Virus record (IMG/VR): IMGVR_UViG_3300024339_000015
DNA from: a virus
DNA: 64,000 bases
Strand: one strand, 5' to 3'
The notes below the pieces were generated by a model. The model was given only the letters and a program-made list of their open reading frames with translations. It made no database searches and was not told where the DNA came from. The position numbers were made by a program, and so were the translations under genes. Shown here one piece after another: positions 29,664 to 39,159 of the stretch; position 1 is the stretch's first letter; each line of letters starts with the position of its first letter.

Positions 29664-30201
29664 TTAGATAGGCGGTGAACAAAAAACCCGTAGTGATCTA
29701 ACGACACTACAATCAAACCTTACTATATGGAGGAATTACACATGACAAATGCATTATACACACAACACACGGGTCTATTCGACCTATTTTTTAGAGACTA
29801 TATTAGAGACGAAGTTTATTCGCCACTACCTGATAAAGTTCATTACCCCACAGATATATACGAAGATGCCATTGGGCTATCAATTGACATAGTTGCAATT
29901 GGAGCGCAGAAGGATGATGTCAGTATATTAACAGAAGACGGTAATACTCTAAAAGTAACTTACAAAAATACTAGTAAACCTATGGATGAAAATGTGAAGC
30001 ATTGGCATTCTAGGAATATAACTAGAAAGGATTTTGAATTTGGATGGACTATTCCTACGAAATTCAATCTTACAAAAATAAGCGCTGAGTATGAAGGGGG
30101 AGTCATTAAATTTCGAATACCTTTTTCAGAGGCGTCTAAACCTAAAGAAATAAAATTAGGATAAATGACAGTATAAAATAACTAAGTTTACGCCTATCTA
30201 A
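29664..30201. repeat. Inverted repeat bracketing hsp20 (29664-29680 / 30186-30201)
   Basis: TTAGATAGGCGGTGAAC vs GTTTACGCCTATCTAA. Confidence 0.85.
29727..30164 (+). CDS. Hsp20/alpha-crystallin small heat-shock protein
   Basis: YPTDIYED, RNIT.KDFEFGW, AEYEGGVI, SKPKEI. Confidence 0.9.
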   Translation: MEELHMTNALYTQHTGLFDLFFRDYIRDEVYSPLPDKVHYPTDIYEDAIGLSIDIVAIGAQKDDVSILTEDGNTLKVTYKNTSKPMDENVKHWHSRNITRKDFEFGWTIPTKFNLTKISAEYEGGVIKFRIPFSEASKPKEIKLG

Positions 30202-30209
30202 TACAGCTT

Positions 30210-30236
30210 AAGCCCCACTTATTAGTGGGGCTTTCT
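30210..30236 (+). terminator. Intrinsic terminator
   Basis: AAGCCCCACT-tatt-AGTGGGGCTT-tct. Confidence 0.8.
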
Positions 30237-30261
30237 ATTAATAATAACTTGGAGACAAGCT

Positions 30262-30444
30262 TTGAAAAATAATACTAACGAAAATACGTCTATATTTGGT
30301 AGTTTTAAAACACAAGACGATATAAATCATTCTTACGGCATGCTTATGAAAAGCCTCCCTAAAAAAAGTAGAGGTGCAGTAACAATTTTTATAGGACGTT
30401 TAGAAGAGACTTTAAAACAATGGAAGGGAAATAGAAATGAATAG
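30262..30444 (+). CDS. Hypothetical protein
   Basis: ORF track (TTG start), GGAG RBS. Confidence 0.55.
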   Translation: MKNNTNENTSIFGSFKTQDDINHSYGMLMKSLPKKSRGAVTIFIGRLEETLKQWKGNRNE

Positions 30445-31159
30445 TTTATTTGATGACAATCTTCTATTCAATGAGAAGAAACATAAGTACTCTTTAAAAA
30501 ATAGGCCAGACTTTGTTTTTACTAGTACAACTACGATGATACACAAATTTTTCCCTGTCTTTAACGGGCCTAGAATTGCTCAGAATTTAATCGATAGTGT
30601 GCCTAAATATTCTGGAATGACAAAAGAAGCGGTAATGAAGGATTGGAGAAAGAGTGCTACGGACGGAACAAGGGTTCACAATGAGTTAGAAAAATACGTC
30701 CTAAATAGGCGCACTAAGCCTAAGGAAGAAAAGTCTAAACAAGGAGTTCAATGGTTAAAGGACAGGGTTTTTACGCAAAAAAATTGGGTAGTATATCCGG
30801 AAGCAGCCATGTTTAGTACAGATATAGGTATTTCCGGTACAGCTGATTTATTAATACATAATACAGAAACAGATGAGTATGTTATTGGGGATTGGAAAAC
30901 AAATAAAAAGATAACTAAAACTTCTTACGGTAATAAAGTAGGCACAAGGCAAGCAACTAGACACTTAAAAGATTGTAACTACAACCATTACGCCCTTCAG
31001 TTTAGCATGTATAGGTATATACTAGAAAAATACTACGGGTTGAATATAAAAAATTCTTTTCTCATTCATCTTAGTAAGGGTAGCTATAAAGACTATAAGA
31101 TGCCTTACCTTAAAAATGAGATTAAGAACATGTTAAGAGACTATGAGTCTATAAAATAA
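30437..31159 (+). CDS. PD-(D/E)xK nuclease (RecB/Cas4-like superfamily)
   Basis: GTRVHNELE, PE..., SGTADL, IGDWKT, YALQFSMY. Confidence 0.85.
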   Translation: MNSLFDDNLLFNEKKHKYSLKNRPDFVFTSTTTMIHKFFPVFNGPRIAQNLIDSVPKYSGMTKEAVMKDWRKSATDGTRVHNELEKYVLNRRTKPKEEKSKQGVQWLKDRVFTQKNWVVYPEAAMFSTDIGISGTADLLIHNTETDEYVIGDWKTNKKITKTSYGNKVGTRQATRHLKDCNYNHYALQFSMYRYILEKYYGLNIKNSFLIHLSKGSYKDYKMPYLKNEIKNMLRDYESIK

Positions 31160-31176
31160 TTGTTGTATAACAGTCC

Positions 31177-31205
31177 TTGATTTACCGATTATTTATTCTT
31201 ATATT
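31177..31205 (+). promoter_or_regulatory. Sigma70-like promoter TTGATT-N17-TATATT
   Basis: Read directly. Confidence 0.65.
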
Positions 31206-31210
31206 AAAGT

Positions 31211-31555
31211 ATGAGAAAAAATAAATATATTGAAAAAGAGTGCCAGAAGCACGGGGAAACGACTTACGTGTTAGAGAGTAGCGGGTACTATAGGTGTAAA
31301 AAGTGTCGTGTAGCTAATATGAGTAAATCAAGAAAAAACTTAAAGAGAAGGTTGGTGAGCCATTATGGTGGGGAATGTACTTCTTGTGGGTATGACAAGA
31401 CTATTGAAGCTTTGGTTTTCCATCATAGAGTTCCTAAAAATAAAAGCTTCTCTATTTCTAGTACCGTGAGAAATTTTAAAGAAATGACAAAGGAGGCTAA
31501 AAAGTGTGATTTATTGTGTGCTAATTGTCACGCAGAAACGCATGCTAAAGATTAG
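31211..31555 (+). CDS. HNH endonuclease-like protein
   Basis: CTSCGY...LVFHH...KCDLLCANCHAE. Confidence 0.85.
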   Translation: MRKNKYIEKECQKHGETTYVLESSGYYRCKKCRVANMSKSRKNLKRRLVSHYGGECTSCGYDKTIEALVFHHRVPKNKSFSISSTVRNFKEMTKEAKKCDLLCANCHAETHAKD

Positions 31556-31799
31556 TAGTCGCAAATCTGATAGCTTTTTTTCGATACCATAAGAAAGTAA
31601 GTATCTCATCTTCAGCTTCAGCGCCACGAACACCGGCCACTGTGGTTACTTTTTCAACTTCATATTCTTTTGTTGTGACTTCTTCAATTTCATTCCAGAC
31701 TGTGTTATCCCACTCAATATCGTCAAGGGGCAAATCTTTACCTACCCCTTGACAAAATACTAAGCTACTAAGGAGTGGTATACTCAGTAGGACTTTCAT
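31545..31799 (-). CDS. Small exported protein of the pilin cassette
   Basis: Signal-peptide-like start; VAGVRGAEAED motif; overlaps the pilin gene end. Confidence 0.55.
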   Translation of the reverse strand: MKVLLSIPLLSSLVFCQGVGKDLPLDDIEWDNTVWNEIEEVTTKEYEVEKVTTVAGVRGAEAEDEILTFLWYRKKAIRFATTNL

Positions 31800-32193
31800 C
31801 TAAACTGAACGCTAATGAGTCATAAGAATAGTACCATATTTCATCATTTGCCCGCCTGTGAAAGATGGCAGGTGACGTTAATGCAGTCTTATCAAACTGC
31901 CACTCGTTATCTTCATCAGGAATTCCTAATGTCATAGTAACTATAATATTACGAGTTCTTTCTAATACTGACAAAGGGTGTCCTGGCCATGCTTCCTTAC
32001 CATCAGTAATTAATCTGATATCTGCTTCAGATTCTAACCCTATCCAAATATTATTAACAACTGCTTTCTCAGCGGCTATCTCAGCTTTAGCTATTGTATT
32101 TGCATAGCGAGGCAGAGCAACTGCCGCTAATATGCCTAATATAATTGTAGTCATTACTAGCTCAATAAGAGTAAATCCTTTGTTGTTTTTCAT
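31768..32193 (-). CDS. Type IV pilin / pseudopilin
   Basis: KG|FTLIELVMTTIILGILAAVALP prepilin cleavage/methylation motif. Confidence 0.92.
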   Translation of the reverse strand: MKNNKGFTLIELVMTTIILGILAAVALPRYANTIAKAEIAAEKAVVNNIWIGLESEADIRLITDGKEAWPGHPLSVLERTRNIIVTMTLGIPDEDNEWQFDKTALTSPAIFHRRANDEIWYYSYDSLAFSLDESPTEYTTP

Positions 32194-32203
32194 GGTATCT
32201 TTT

Positions 32204-32854
32204 CTACGGTCTAAGTGTTTTATTAAACATAGCTGGATTTTCTAAATCAGCTACATATAGAGTTGGAGCTTCTGCAGCTTCACCACTACCGCCACCAGGG
32301 ATTACTACATAAATGTAATGTCCATCCTGAAATGGTGATTTAATTGTTTGATCTCCAAATCCCGCTAAGAATTCAGTAGAACCAACAATAGCGCCTGCGT
32401 CATCAACTACTGAAACATCAGATTGATTGACTACAGGAATCCCTGCAGCTACATGAGTTAATCCAAACACTGACGACCAGTTTGCACCTTCTGTATCTGA
32501 ATACTTCTCGAACCCACCATCGGATAATGCAATTTCAGTTGCTGTTCTTGCGGCAAGTATTTCTGTAATGGTTGCTCCATCGCTGCCATATCCACCTACA
32601 ACTCTATCAAATTTTTCTTGTCCTGGAAATCTTCCACGACCTTCATCAGATACAGCTTTATTATAAAAGTTATTCGCCGATTGAACAATTGCGTCAATGT
32701 TTGAGATAGCTTTACGTTTCTTAGCACCGGCACCCACTCCAGAGAATTTAGGTGCAGCAACCGTTGCCATAGTACCCATCATTGCAGCAACAACAGCAAA
32801 TTCAGCCAAAGATGCGCCACGGGTTCTTTTAAGATAGTTAGTTAGTTTGAACAT
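32204..32854 (-). CDS. Major pilin-like protein with atypical N-terminus
   Basis: RG|ASLAEFAVVAAMMGTMATVAAPKF: G-1, E+5, hydrophobic helix, Pro. Confidence 0.8.
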   Translation of the reverse strand: MFKLTNYLKRTRGASLAEFAVVAAMMGTMATVAAPKFSGVGAGAKKRKAISNIDAIVQSANNFYNKAVSDEGRGRFPGQEKFDRVVGGYGSDGATITEILAARTATEIALSDGGFEKYSDTEGANWSSVFGLTHVAAGIPVVNQSDVSVVDDAGAIVGSTEFLAGFGDQTIKSPFQDGHYIYVVIPGGGSGEAAEAPTLYVADLENPAMFNKTLRP

Positions 32855-32913
32855 TTTATATTGTTCTCCATGTTATGTTATTTAATTAGTTTTAATTATT
32901 ATTTATTAAACAT

Positions 32914-32929
32914 AGCAAATATCATGCCA
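32914..32929 (-). promoter_or_regulatory. Sigma54 (-24/-12) promoter TGGCATgatatTTGCT
   Basis: Near-consensus TGGCAC-N5-TTGC, about 60 nt upstream of the pilin start. Confidence 0.75.
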
Positions 32930-33092
32930 CATATTAGTAATATGTTTAAGTTAACATATTGCTATACTTACAGTTATACAAAATTATAAGGTATAAGAAT
33001 TATATATGTATCATTCTATTACATAATGTACAATTATGGTACAATAGTATAGTAACGATACACTTAATAAAAAAGATAAGGAAACAAAAGAA

Positions 33093-33668
33093 ATGAACTT
33101 AGTACCATTTATTATAGAAAGTACAGCAAAAGGCGAAAGAGCCTACGATATATATTCCAGGCTTTTAAAAGAGGGCATTATATTTATTGGGACACCGATA
33201 AATGATATGGTAGCAAACAGTATTATTGCACAAATTCTTCTTCTAGAGGCAGAAGAAGATGTAGACGTAATTCATATGTATATAAACTCTCCAGGTGGAA
33301 ACATTACATCAGGGTTAGCTATATATGACACAATGCAGAGTATTAACACCCCTATAGCTACTACATGCGTAGGACAAGCTTCTAGTATGGGTGCGTTGTT
33401 ACTAGCAGGTGGGGCAAAAGGACAACGATCGGCGTTACCTAACTCACGGATCATGATTCATCAACCTCATGGTGGAATTATGGGGCAAGAATCTGACATA
33501 CAAATACAGGCCGATGAAATGAAGCGAATGAGGTCGTCTTTAAATGCTATCTTATCGAAACATACGAAAAGGACATTGAAAAAGATAGAAAAAGATACGG
33601 ATAGAGACTATTTTATGTCTTCTGATGAGGCAAGAAAATATGGAATTATAGATAAAGTATTAAATTAA
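33093..33668 (+). CDS. clpP: ATP-dependent Clp protease proteolytic subunit
   Basis: [42 protein letters not shown]. Confidence 0.97.
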   Translation: MNLVPFIIESTAKGERAYDIYSRLLKEGIIFIGTPINDMVANSIIAQILLLEAEEDVDVIHMYINSPGGNITSGLAIYDTMQSINTPIATTCVGQASSMGALLLAGGAKGQRSALPNSRIMIHQPHGGIMGQESDIQIQADEMKRMRSSLNAILSKHTKRTLKKIEKDTDRDYFMSSDEARKYGIIDKVLN

Positions 33669-33684
33669 CGAGGAGAATTTACTA

Positions 33685-34050
33685 ATGGAATTTGAAATAG
33701 TATTAAATGAAATCGAACAAAGATTGGATGTTGAACAAAAAGAATCTTTACTTAGAGATTTAATTAGTTATGCAGATAGGGGATGGCTAGAGATGTCGCT
33801 CAGAGACTTTGATGTGATTGGTAGAACAAAGATATATAAAGATTTTGGTTGGCATAACATGGCACACCAGATGCGCGGGGCAGAACAAAGGAAAGATGCC
33901 CACCTCACATCATTACTAGGGAATGTCTCAATAGGCGGATGGATTAGTAGGTATCTATTACAGTACCCTTTAAAACAGTTCTTACCTCTACTCCACCGGT
34001 ACATGTCAGTAGCAGGCTTAAACCTCACCGTAGGCATAACCAATAATTAA
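33685..34050 (+). CDS. Hypothetical protein
   Basis: ORF track, GAGGAG RBS. Confidence 0.65.
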   Translation: MEFEIVLNEIEQRLDVEQKESLLRDLISYADRGWLEMSLRDFDVIGRTKIYKDFGWHNMAHQMRGAEQRKDAHLTSLLGNVSIGGWISRYLLQYPLKQFLPLLHRYMSVAGLNLTVGITNN

Positions 34051-34052
34051 CT

Positions 34053-34280
34053 ATGAGTAAAGATCAAATAGCGTCTCAACAACCACTTAATATTAATATG
34101 GAAAATACCACACTAATGAAGTGTGTTAAGTGTAAATCTACAACGTTTTCAGAAGGTGTCCAATTAAGGAGGATATCTGAGATTGCGTCACCCACAGGAC
34201 AGGCAGGCATTATACCAGTACCAGTCTTTTTCTGCATCAGCTGTAAATCAGAGATTACCCAAGAGAACAAAGAAACATAA
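34053..34280 (+). CDS. Small zinc-ribbon protein
   Basis: CVKC...CISC. Confidence 0.75.
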   Translation: MSKDQIASQQPLNINMENTTLMKCVKCKSTTFSEGVQLRRISEIASPTGQAGIIPVPVFFCISCKSEITQENKET

Positions 34281-34297
34281 AATAAATTAGTATAATT

Positions 34298-34308
34298 TGG
34301 TATAAGAA
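34298..34308 (+). promoter_or_regulatory. TGGTATAAGAA motif
   Basis: Repeated intergenic motif. Confidence 0.6.
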
Positions 34309-34341
34309 AAATAGTGTTTATAGGCTTGGCACTAAAATAAA

Positions 34342-34677
34342 ATGCAAGCCTCACATTTGAAAACAGGAAATAACATGGAAAAAAATAAAAGTACGTGGGC
34401 AGTAATAGTCTACGTGGGCAATTACATGAGGAAAGAAAAAGGGTCTTCTTGTGACCTAATTGGGGTCTATCCGACTAAAGAAGCAGCTATGTTTATTAGT
34501 CGTAAGGCTAAATTTAATATGAAGTTAGCCTTCTACCCCAAAGTAATCCCATCCAGTGCTCCCGTAACTACGACTAAAGTCGAGCCTTATTTAGCGTACA
34601 TTAACGAAAAAGAGGAAAAAAGAAATGGCAACAGCAAAAGCATTACCGATGATAAACGGTACAGCAAACGGGGCTGA
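34342..34677 (+). CDS. Hypothetical protein
   Basis: ORF track; start may be the later ATG. Confidence 0.6.
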   Translation: MQASHLKTGNNMEKNKSTWAVIVYVGNYMRKEKGSSCDLIGVYPTKEAAMFISRKAKFNMKLAFYPKVIPSSAPVTTTKVEPYLAYINEKEEKRNGNSKSITDDKRYSKRG

Positions 34678-35002
34678 TTTTAAGATTACAGGGAGCGGGC
34701 GAATGAGCACCGGACTTGTTGAGAAATCCGTCCAAATCTCCCAAGCTATGGGGACTAAGTTTGAAGTAGAAGTTAGAGGAGACTATATCTGGATTATGGC
34801 TAAGCGCCATAAAATGAGTTTAGATCATCTCTTAAGCTTGGTTAAAAAGAATGCGAAGGTGCGTAACATAAGATGGAAAGGAAATAAATACAGAATTTCT
34901 AAGAAGTCTGAAGGCATATGCTGGCCATCGCGAAGCGGAGTTTGGGGATCATCTGGATCTGTGAAAAGTCATAGACCATGGTATCTTACCCCAGGTAAGT
35001 AA
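34625..35002 (+). CDS. Hypothetical basic protein
   Basis: ORF track, GAGG RBS. Confidence 0.65.
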   Translation: MATAKALPMINGTANGADFKITGSGRMSTGLVEKSVQISQAMGTKFEVEVRGDYIWIMAKRHKMSLDHLLSLVKKNAKVRNIRWKGNKYRISKKSEGICWPSRSGVWGSSGSVKSHRPWYLTPGK

Positions 35003-35010
35003 TAAAATTA

Positions 35011-35046
35011 AGAAGGGAGGGCTTAACGGCTCTCCCCTTCTTTTTT
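35011..35046 (+). terminator. Intrinsic terminator
   Basis: AGAAGGGAGGGC/GGCTCTCCCCTTCT plus T-run. Confidence 0.75.
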
Positions 35047-35082
35047 ACTTTGAAGTAAGACAAAATCGGAGTATATTTAATT

Positions 35083-35277
35083 ATGAGTATAAACATGACA
35101 AACTTTAAAGAACAAACAGATGGATCTGCGACGCTTGATTTACATTATGATAAAGACTTTGAAGTATTTTTAAAAGAAAAGTTTGGTTGGAAGAGAGTAA
35201 CTCAAAAAAGAATAGAAAAATTTATAAACGATACTTTACTTGAAATGGTGAGTAAAGACATAAAAAATACACAATAA
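35083..35277 (+). CDS. Hypothetical protein
   Basis: ORF track. Confidence 0.65.
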   Translation: MSINMTNFKEQTDGSATLDLHYDKDFEVFLKEKFGWKRVTQKRIEKFINDTLLEMVSKDIKNTQ

Positions 35278-35281
35278 TAAT

Positions 35282-35706
35282 GGGCCCTAACTAGTATCGA
35301 TTGGCAGAACTTACTATATGAAGCGCAGTCATGAAGAAAACATGTAAAAAATCAACCGTCAATTTAATTGGCAATTATAGTTACGCAGCTGCAGCTTAAT
35401 TGACTGTAGCCATCGTCCTTTGACTCCGATAAAGGAAAAGCGATGACATTATCGGGAAGAACCTACTACTTGTAGTGAAAAAAGGTTAGAAGTAATACGC
35501 AATAAACCAGTAACCTTGAGAAACACGGTGAAAGCCCAGCTGTTAGATTGTGTAAAGTATCGTTGGTTACCATCGAGCTACGACGATTAAATTTGAGAAA
35601 AGAACAGACATGGTAGACTTTGTCAGGGGGAAAGAAACTGACTAAACTGTAAATGACTTTTATAGAAGGCTGAGCAAGACGCGGGGGCAGTACCCGTGGG
35701 GTCCAC
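35282..35706 (+). ncRNA. ssrA: tmRNA, tag (A)GNYSYAAAA
   Basis: Acceptor GGGCCCT/GGGGTCC with G3:U70 and A discriminator; T-arm GCGGG-GGCAGTA-CCCGT; tag frame 35370-35399 ending GCA GCT GCA GCT TAA; ACTAAACTGTA near the 3' end. Confidence 0.92.
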
Positions 35707-35734
35707 AAAATTAATATAAAACCAATTAGGCGTA

Positions 35735-36313
35735 ATGATAAAGATAAAAAGTTCTTTAAAAAAGGATGTAGTGTTTGATTGTATAGATTATAATATAAAC
35801 ATCGACAGTAGAACGATGTATTATAGTGATGAAATAGATCTATACTCTCCAGCATGGATAAAAAGTAGGATAGAAGCTATATACGCCTTAACAGGAGATA
35901 ACAAGTCTCCCGTAACATTGGAGATAACTTCTTATGGTGGGGACGTGTACGGCATGTTTGGTGCTATAGATGTCATAAAAAATGCACCCACAAAAGTAAA
36001 TACAGTGGGTAGGGGGGCAATAATGTCTGCAGCCACCTGGATACTAGCATCAGGGACGGGAGATAGGATATTAGCTCCACATACCACAGTAATGATACAT
36101 GAGATATCATCACTTATAAATGGAACTAGTAAAGACATAATAGCAGAAGCATCTCATTTAAAAAGCTTACAAACAAAGATGTATAATACGTTTGAAGCGT
36201 ATTCAAATAAATCAAGCACATACTGGAAAAAGATGTCGAAAGTAAATTTTTATCTTACACCTGAGAAATGCTTAGATTTAGGAATCATTAATAAAATAGA
36301 AGGAAGTAAATAA
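35735..36313 (+). CDS. clpP: Second, divergent ClpP-family protease
   Basis: ITSYGGDV, IMSAA (catalytic Ser), VMIHE (His), FYLTPEKCLDLGII. Confidence 0.88.
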   Translation: MIKIKSSLKKDVVFDCIDYNINIDSRTMYYSDEIDLYSPAWIKSRIEAIYALTGDNKSPVTLEITSYGGDVYGMFGAIDVIKNAPTKVNTVGRGAIMSAATWILASGTGDRILAPHTTVMIHEISSLINGTSKDIIAEASHLKSLQTKMYNTFEAYSNKSSTYWKKMSKVNFYLTPEKCLDLGIINKIEGSK

Positions 36314-36314
36314 A

Positions 36315-36539
36315 ATGGAAACAGAAACATTTGTAGATTTTAAAGGCGATAAAGGGCATTTACTCCCTGCGCAAGAGCAGTTTTTACTGGATTTTTCAAG
36401 GCATATGTCTAAGTACGTAGAAGATAATCCGCAAGGAAGTGCAGGAGAGCTGATGTTTATGTTAGAAGAGATTTTAATGAAGACTCAGATAGCCCAAGAA
36501 ATGCTAGACGTAACCGGGGAGATAAGAACTAATGGATAG
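36315..36539 (+). CDS. Hypothetical protein
   Basis: ORF track. Confidence 0.65.
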   Translation: METETFVDFKGDKGHLLPAQEQFLLDFSRHMSKYVEDNPQGSAGELMFMLEEILMKTQIAQEMLDVTGEIRTNG

Positions 36540-37020
36540 GGTCAGAAGAACAAAAGTAGAAATTGAAGCTGGTATGACTTTTGAGCAAAAGAAGAAGGGA
36601 TACACCCTCGATGACTTAGATGTGCCAGAAACTTTAAAGAAAAAAAAGATAGAAATAACAACAAAAAATGGCGATAAAACTTGGGAAACAGTAGATCATG
36701 AGTATAAGACTATTTATAAATATAAGGATCACGAAAGGGTGATAGAGAAAGAAGTACCTGTTGTAAAAGAAGTTAGAATTTTAAATGGGACAAAGAAAAC
36801 CGAAAAAACTGTAGATGAAATTTTAAGTGAAGAGCTAGGAAAGTGTGTATGGGAATGGAAAACAGTGAAAATGGACAATAAGTTTAGAGTTGGAATGCTG
36901 GACGAATTGGGGAAAAAGGGATGGAAGTTTGCTTTCATTACGGAGTGGTCTTTAATAGACCCAAGTAAAAAAAATAAACCACATACTATAAGTTTCCAGA
37001 GACCAATCTTCAAGTCATGA
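36532..37020 (+). CDS. Hypothetical protein
   Basis: ORF track; TGA stop in an ATGA overlap. Confidence 0.7.
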   Translation: MDRVRRTKVEIEAGMTFEQKKKGYTLDDLDVPETLKKKKIEITTKNGDKTWETVDHEYKTIYKYKDHERVIEKEVPVVKEVRILNGTKKTEKTVDEILSEELGKCVWEWKTVKMDNKFRVGMLDELGKKGWKFAFITEWSLIDPSKKNKPHTISFQRPIFKS

Positions 37021-37259
37021 AGAGAGTAACTGACGAAGATACTCAAAAATTACAGGAGATTGAAGAGTTACTAAAGTTTACTAAAGAAAGATTAGAGGGT
37101 AAAAGTCCTACAGAACAAGCTAAACAAATACTTTTGTTGCAAGTTGGTAGGACTTTTTCTCATACTTTAGAGAGCCATGGGATAGAAGTTAGTGATGTTT
37201 TAATGAACGACTTTAAGGAAGCTTACACAAAAGACATACTAAATTTCTCAATAAAATAA
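37017..37259 (+). CDS. Hypothetical protein
   Basis: ORF track. Confidence 0.65.
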   Translation: MKRVTDEDTQKLQEIEELLKFTKERLEGKSPTEQAKQILLLQVGRTFSHTLESHGIEVSDVLMNDFKEAYTKDILNFSIK

Positions 37260-37277
37260 AAAAGTAAAGGATTACAA

Positions 37278-38054
37278 ATGAAAATCTATACACATTCTTA
37301 TGTAGATTTGGATGCTGCATTCTCAGCATCCTTAGTTAAATTACACAACAGTGATAAAAAATGTACAATCGAGTTCGTTTCTGCAGACCATGACGGAGTT
37401 GGTCTGGATACGGATTCTATTATAGTAGACTTGGAAGCAGGTGGCAAAGGCTTAAAAGGAGATAAATCAGCATTTTCAAGTTATCTAAATATGTACTGCA
37501 AAAACACTTATAAGGAGGCATTCACTAATCTTTCTAGGTTCATAGACGCCCAAGACTCAACAGGCGACTGGAGCACTGGGTACGAGATTTATGGAGAAGG
37601 TATGGAATCTATTCCTACCCTACAATACTTATTTAATTCTCTAAGAAGCAGTTATGACGACGACAAAGCATTAGTCAACTTCGCACATAACGTCCTAATA
37701 GGTGAACTAAAAAATTATAAAAAGTATCGTAAAGCACTAGTGGAGGCGGAGGAAGCAGAATGGGTGTACAATAACATAGCTATAACTAAAGGTGTAGAGA
37801 CACAAACCACTGGTATCTTGTTTTCCAAAGGAGCCGACTTCGTTATATACGAAGATGGAAATAATCTAGGAGTTCTTAGATCAAAATACTTGGCGGAAGT
37901 TAACTTAGGAAACAAGCTAAAGAGCGAGTTACCTTCTTGGTTTCATCACGAGTCCGGATTTTTATCTAGCTGGGGAACGAGGAAAGCTATAAAGTCAACC
38001 CCACCGAGCATATCTTCCGAGCAATTAGCAGGGATAATACACACACTATTTTAA
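37278..38054 (+). CDS. Putative DHH/MYG1-like phosphoesterase
   Basis: N-terminal THSYVDLDA; resemblance only. Confidence 0.45.
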   Translation: MKIYTHSYVDLDAAFSASLVKLHNSDKKCTIEFVSADHDGVGLDTDSIIVDLEAGGKGLKGDKSAFSSYLNMYCKNTYKEAFTNLSRFIDAQDSTGDWSTGYEIYGEGMESIPTLQYLFNSLRSSYDDDKALVNFAHNVLIGELKNYKKYRKALVEAEEAEWVYNNIAITKGVETQTTGILFSKGADFVIYEDGNNLGVLRSKYLAEVNLGNKLKSELPSWFHHESGFLSSWGTRKAIKSTPPSISSEQLAGIIHTLF

Positions 38055-38060
38055 TTTATA

Positions 38061-38096
38061 AGAAAAGGAAAAGGTACACATGTAACCTTTTCTTTT
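38061..38096. terminator. Bidirectional terminator at the convergent strand switch
   Basis: AGAAAAGGAAAAGGT...ACCTTTTCTTTT. Confidence 0.7.
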
Positions 38097-38099
38097 ACC

Positions 38100-38669
38100 T
38101 TAAAAAGGCTTGTACTTCTCCCTAGCAGACTTATAAGTATATACAGGGGTTTCTGAGTCTCTGACTAGTTTAGTCCCCCCTAATTTTATATCAGGTTTTT
38201 TATCTTCTTCACCTGCTTCCTCTTCGTTTCTCTCACCCTCTTCCTTGTAAACATAAGAGTCGACATCTCTTTCTGCAGTTTTACCTTGTATAGGTGGGTC
38301 ATTTTTTTGTACAGAAATCTTTGGTTTATTTTCTTTCTCTGTTTTCTCTACCTTAAAGTTAGATTTAGTAAAATTTTGATTATTAAAGTAGTCACTTAGG
38401 TCATCTTCGGCTACTAAAGAATAATATACGTGTGGTTTATTGTCGTCACTTTTAAACCCAAGTTTCTTAGTTTCTTCAAATCCCACGTCAGTGGTAGTAA
38501 CTTTTAAAGTTACAACATCATATCCCCACCGTTTATTAGGTATGTGCCTTAATATAACGCAAGGATCGGACTCACCTACTAGTTCCAAATACCCATTTAA
38601 GTATTCTGAATTATATTCGTGGTCTCTCCATACAATAGTTTGATCATCATTGTTTTTAAAGTAAGGCAT
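38100..38669 (-). CDS. Hypothetical late protein
   Basis: ORF track; TAA stop. Confidence 0.7.
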   Translation of the reverse strand: MPYFKNNDDQTIVWRDHEYNSEYLNGYLELVGESDPCVILRHIPNKRWGYDVVTLKVTTTDVGFEETKKLGFKSDDNKPHVYYSLVAEDDLSDYFNNQNFTKSNFKVEKTEKENKPKISVQKNDPPIQGKTAERDVDSYVYKEEGERNEEEAGEEDKKPDIKLGGTKLVRDSETPVYTYKSAREKYKPF

Positions 38670-38670
38670 A

Positions 38671-39159
38671 TTATAATCCTAGTTGCAAAGTAGTTGCTAG
38701 CCTAGCCTCTCTACTTAAAGGTAATTTTTCATTTTTATCTTCTACCCACATTTTAAATGATGGAAATACCTTACTATCACTACTTATATTTTTATTAACA
38801 GAGTACCAGTCAGCTAGAGCTTCTAACTGATTCTCTAATGGTTGATCGATTCCCATCTTGTGAGCATGGTGTAAGTTTCTTTTATAATGCCCATCAACAG
38901 CATCCCTAAACAATTTTTTAATAAGAGGGTCTTTAATCCCTGTAACCCCTTTTGGTCCTTTAAAGTATGCTACATATGGGTTCCACATATCTTTACTAAA
39001 TTTATCCATATCATGCTTTAAAAGAGTACTCAAAGGAATACCAAGGTTACGGCCAGGGCTTATCATGGAAGCTTTATGTTTTAATAAATATTTTAAGTAA
39101 CTTCCATGATCTTTTAAAGTTAAGTCTTCGTATTGGGCTATTTTTTTAAAGTATTTCAT
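38671..39159 (-). CDS. DUF5662-like (HD-related) protein
   Basis: KHDMDKF, HYKRNLHH, ADW; N-terminal FKKIA. Confidence 0.65.
   Translation of the reverse strand: MKYFKKIAQYEDLTLKDHGSYLKYLLKHKASMISPGRNLGIPLSTLLKHDMDKFSKDMWNPYVAYFKGPKGVTGIKDPLIKKLFRDAVDGHYKRNLHHAHKMGIDQPLENQLEALADWYSVNKNISSDSKVFPSFKMWVEDKNEKLPLSREARLATTLQLGL

Noticed and set aside
30437-31159. Cas4 as evidence of a CRISPR system
   Set aside because: Generic PD-(D/E)xK phage nuclease without the Fe-S cysteine set or any cas neighbours.
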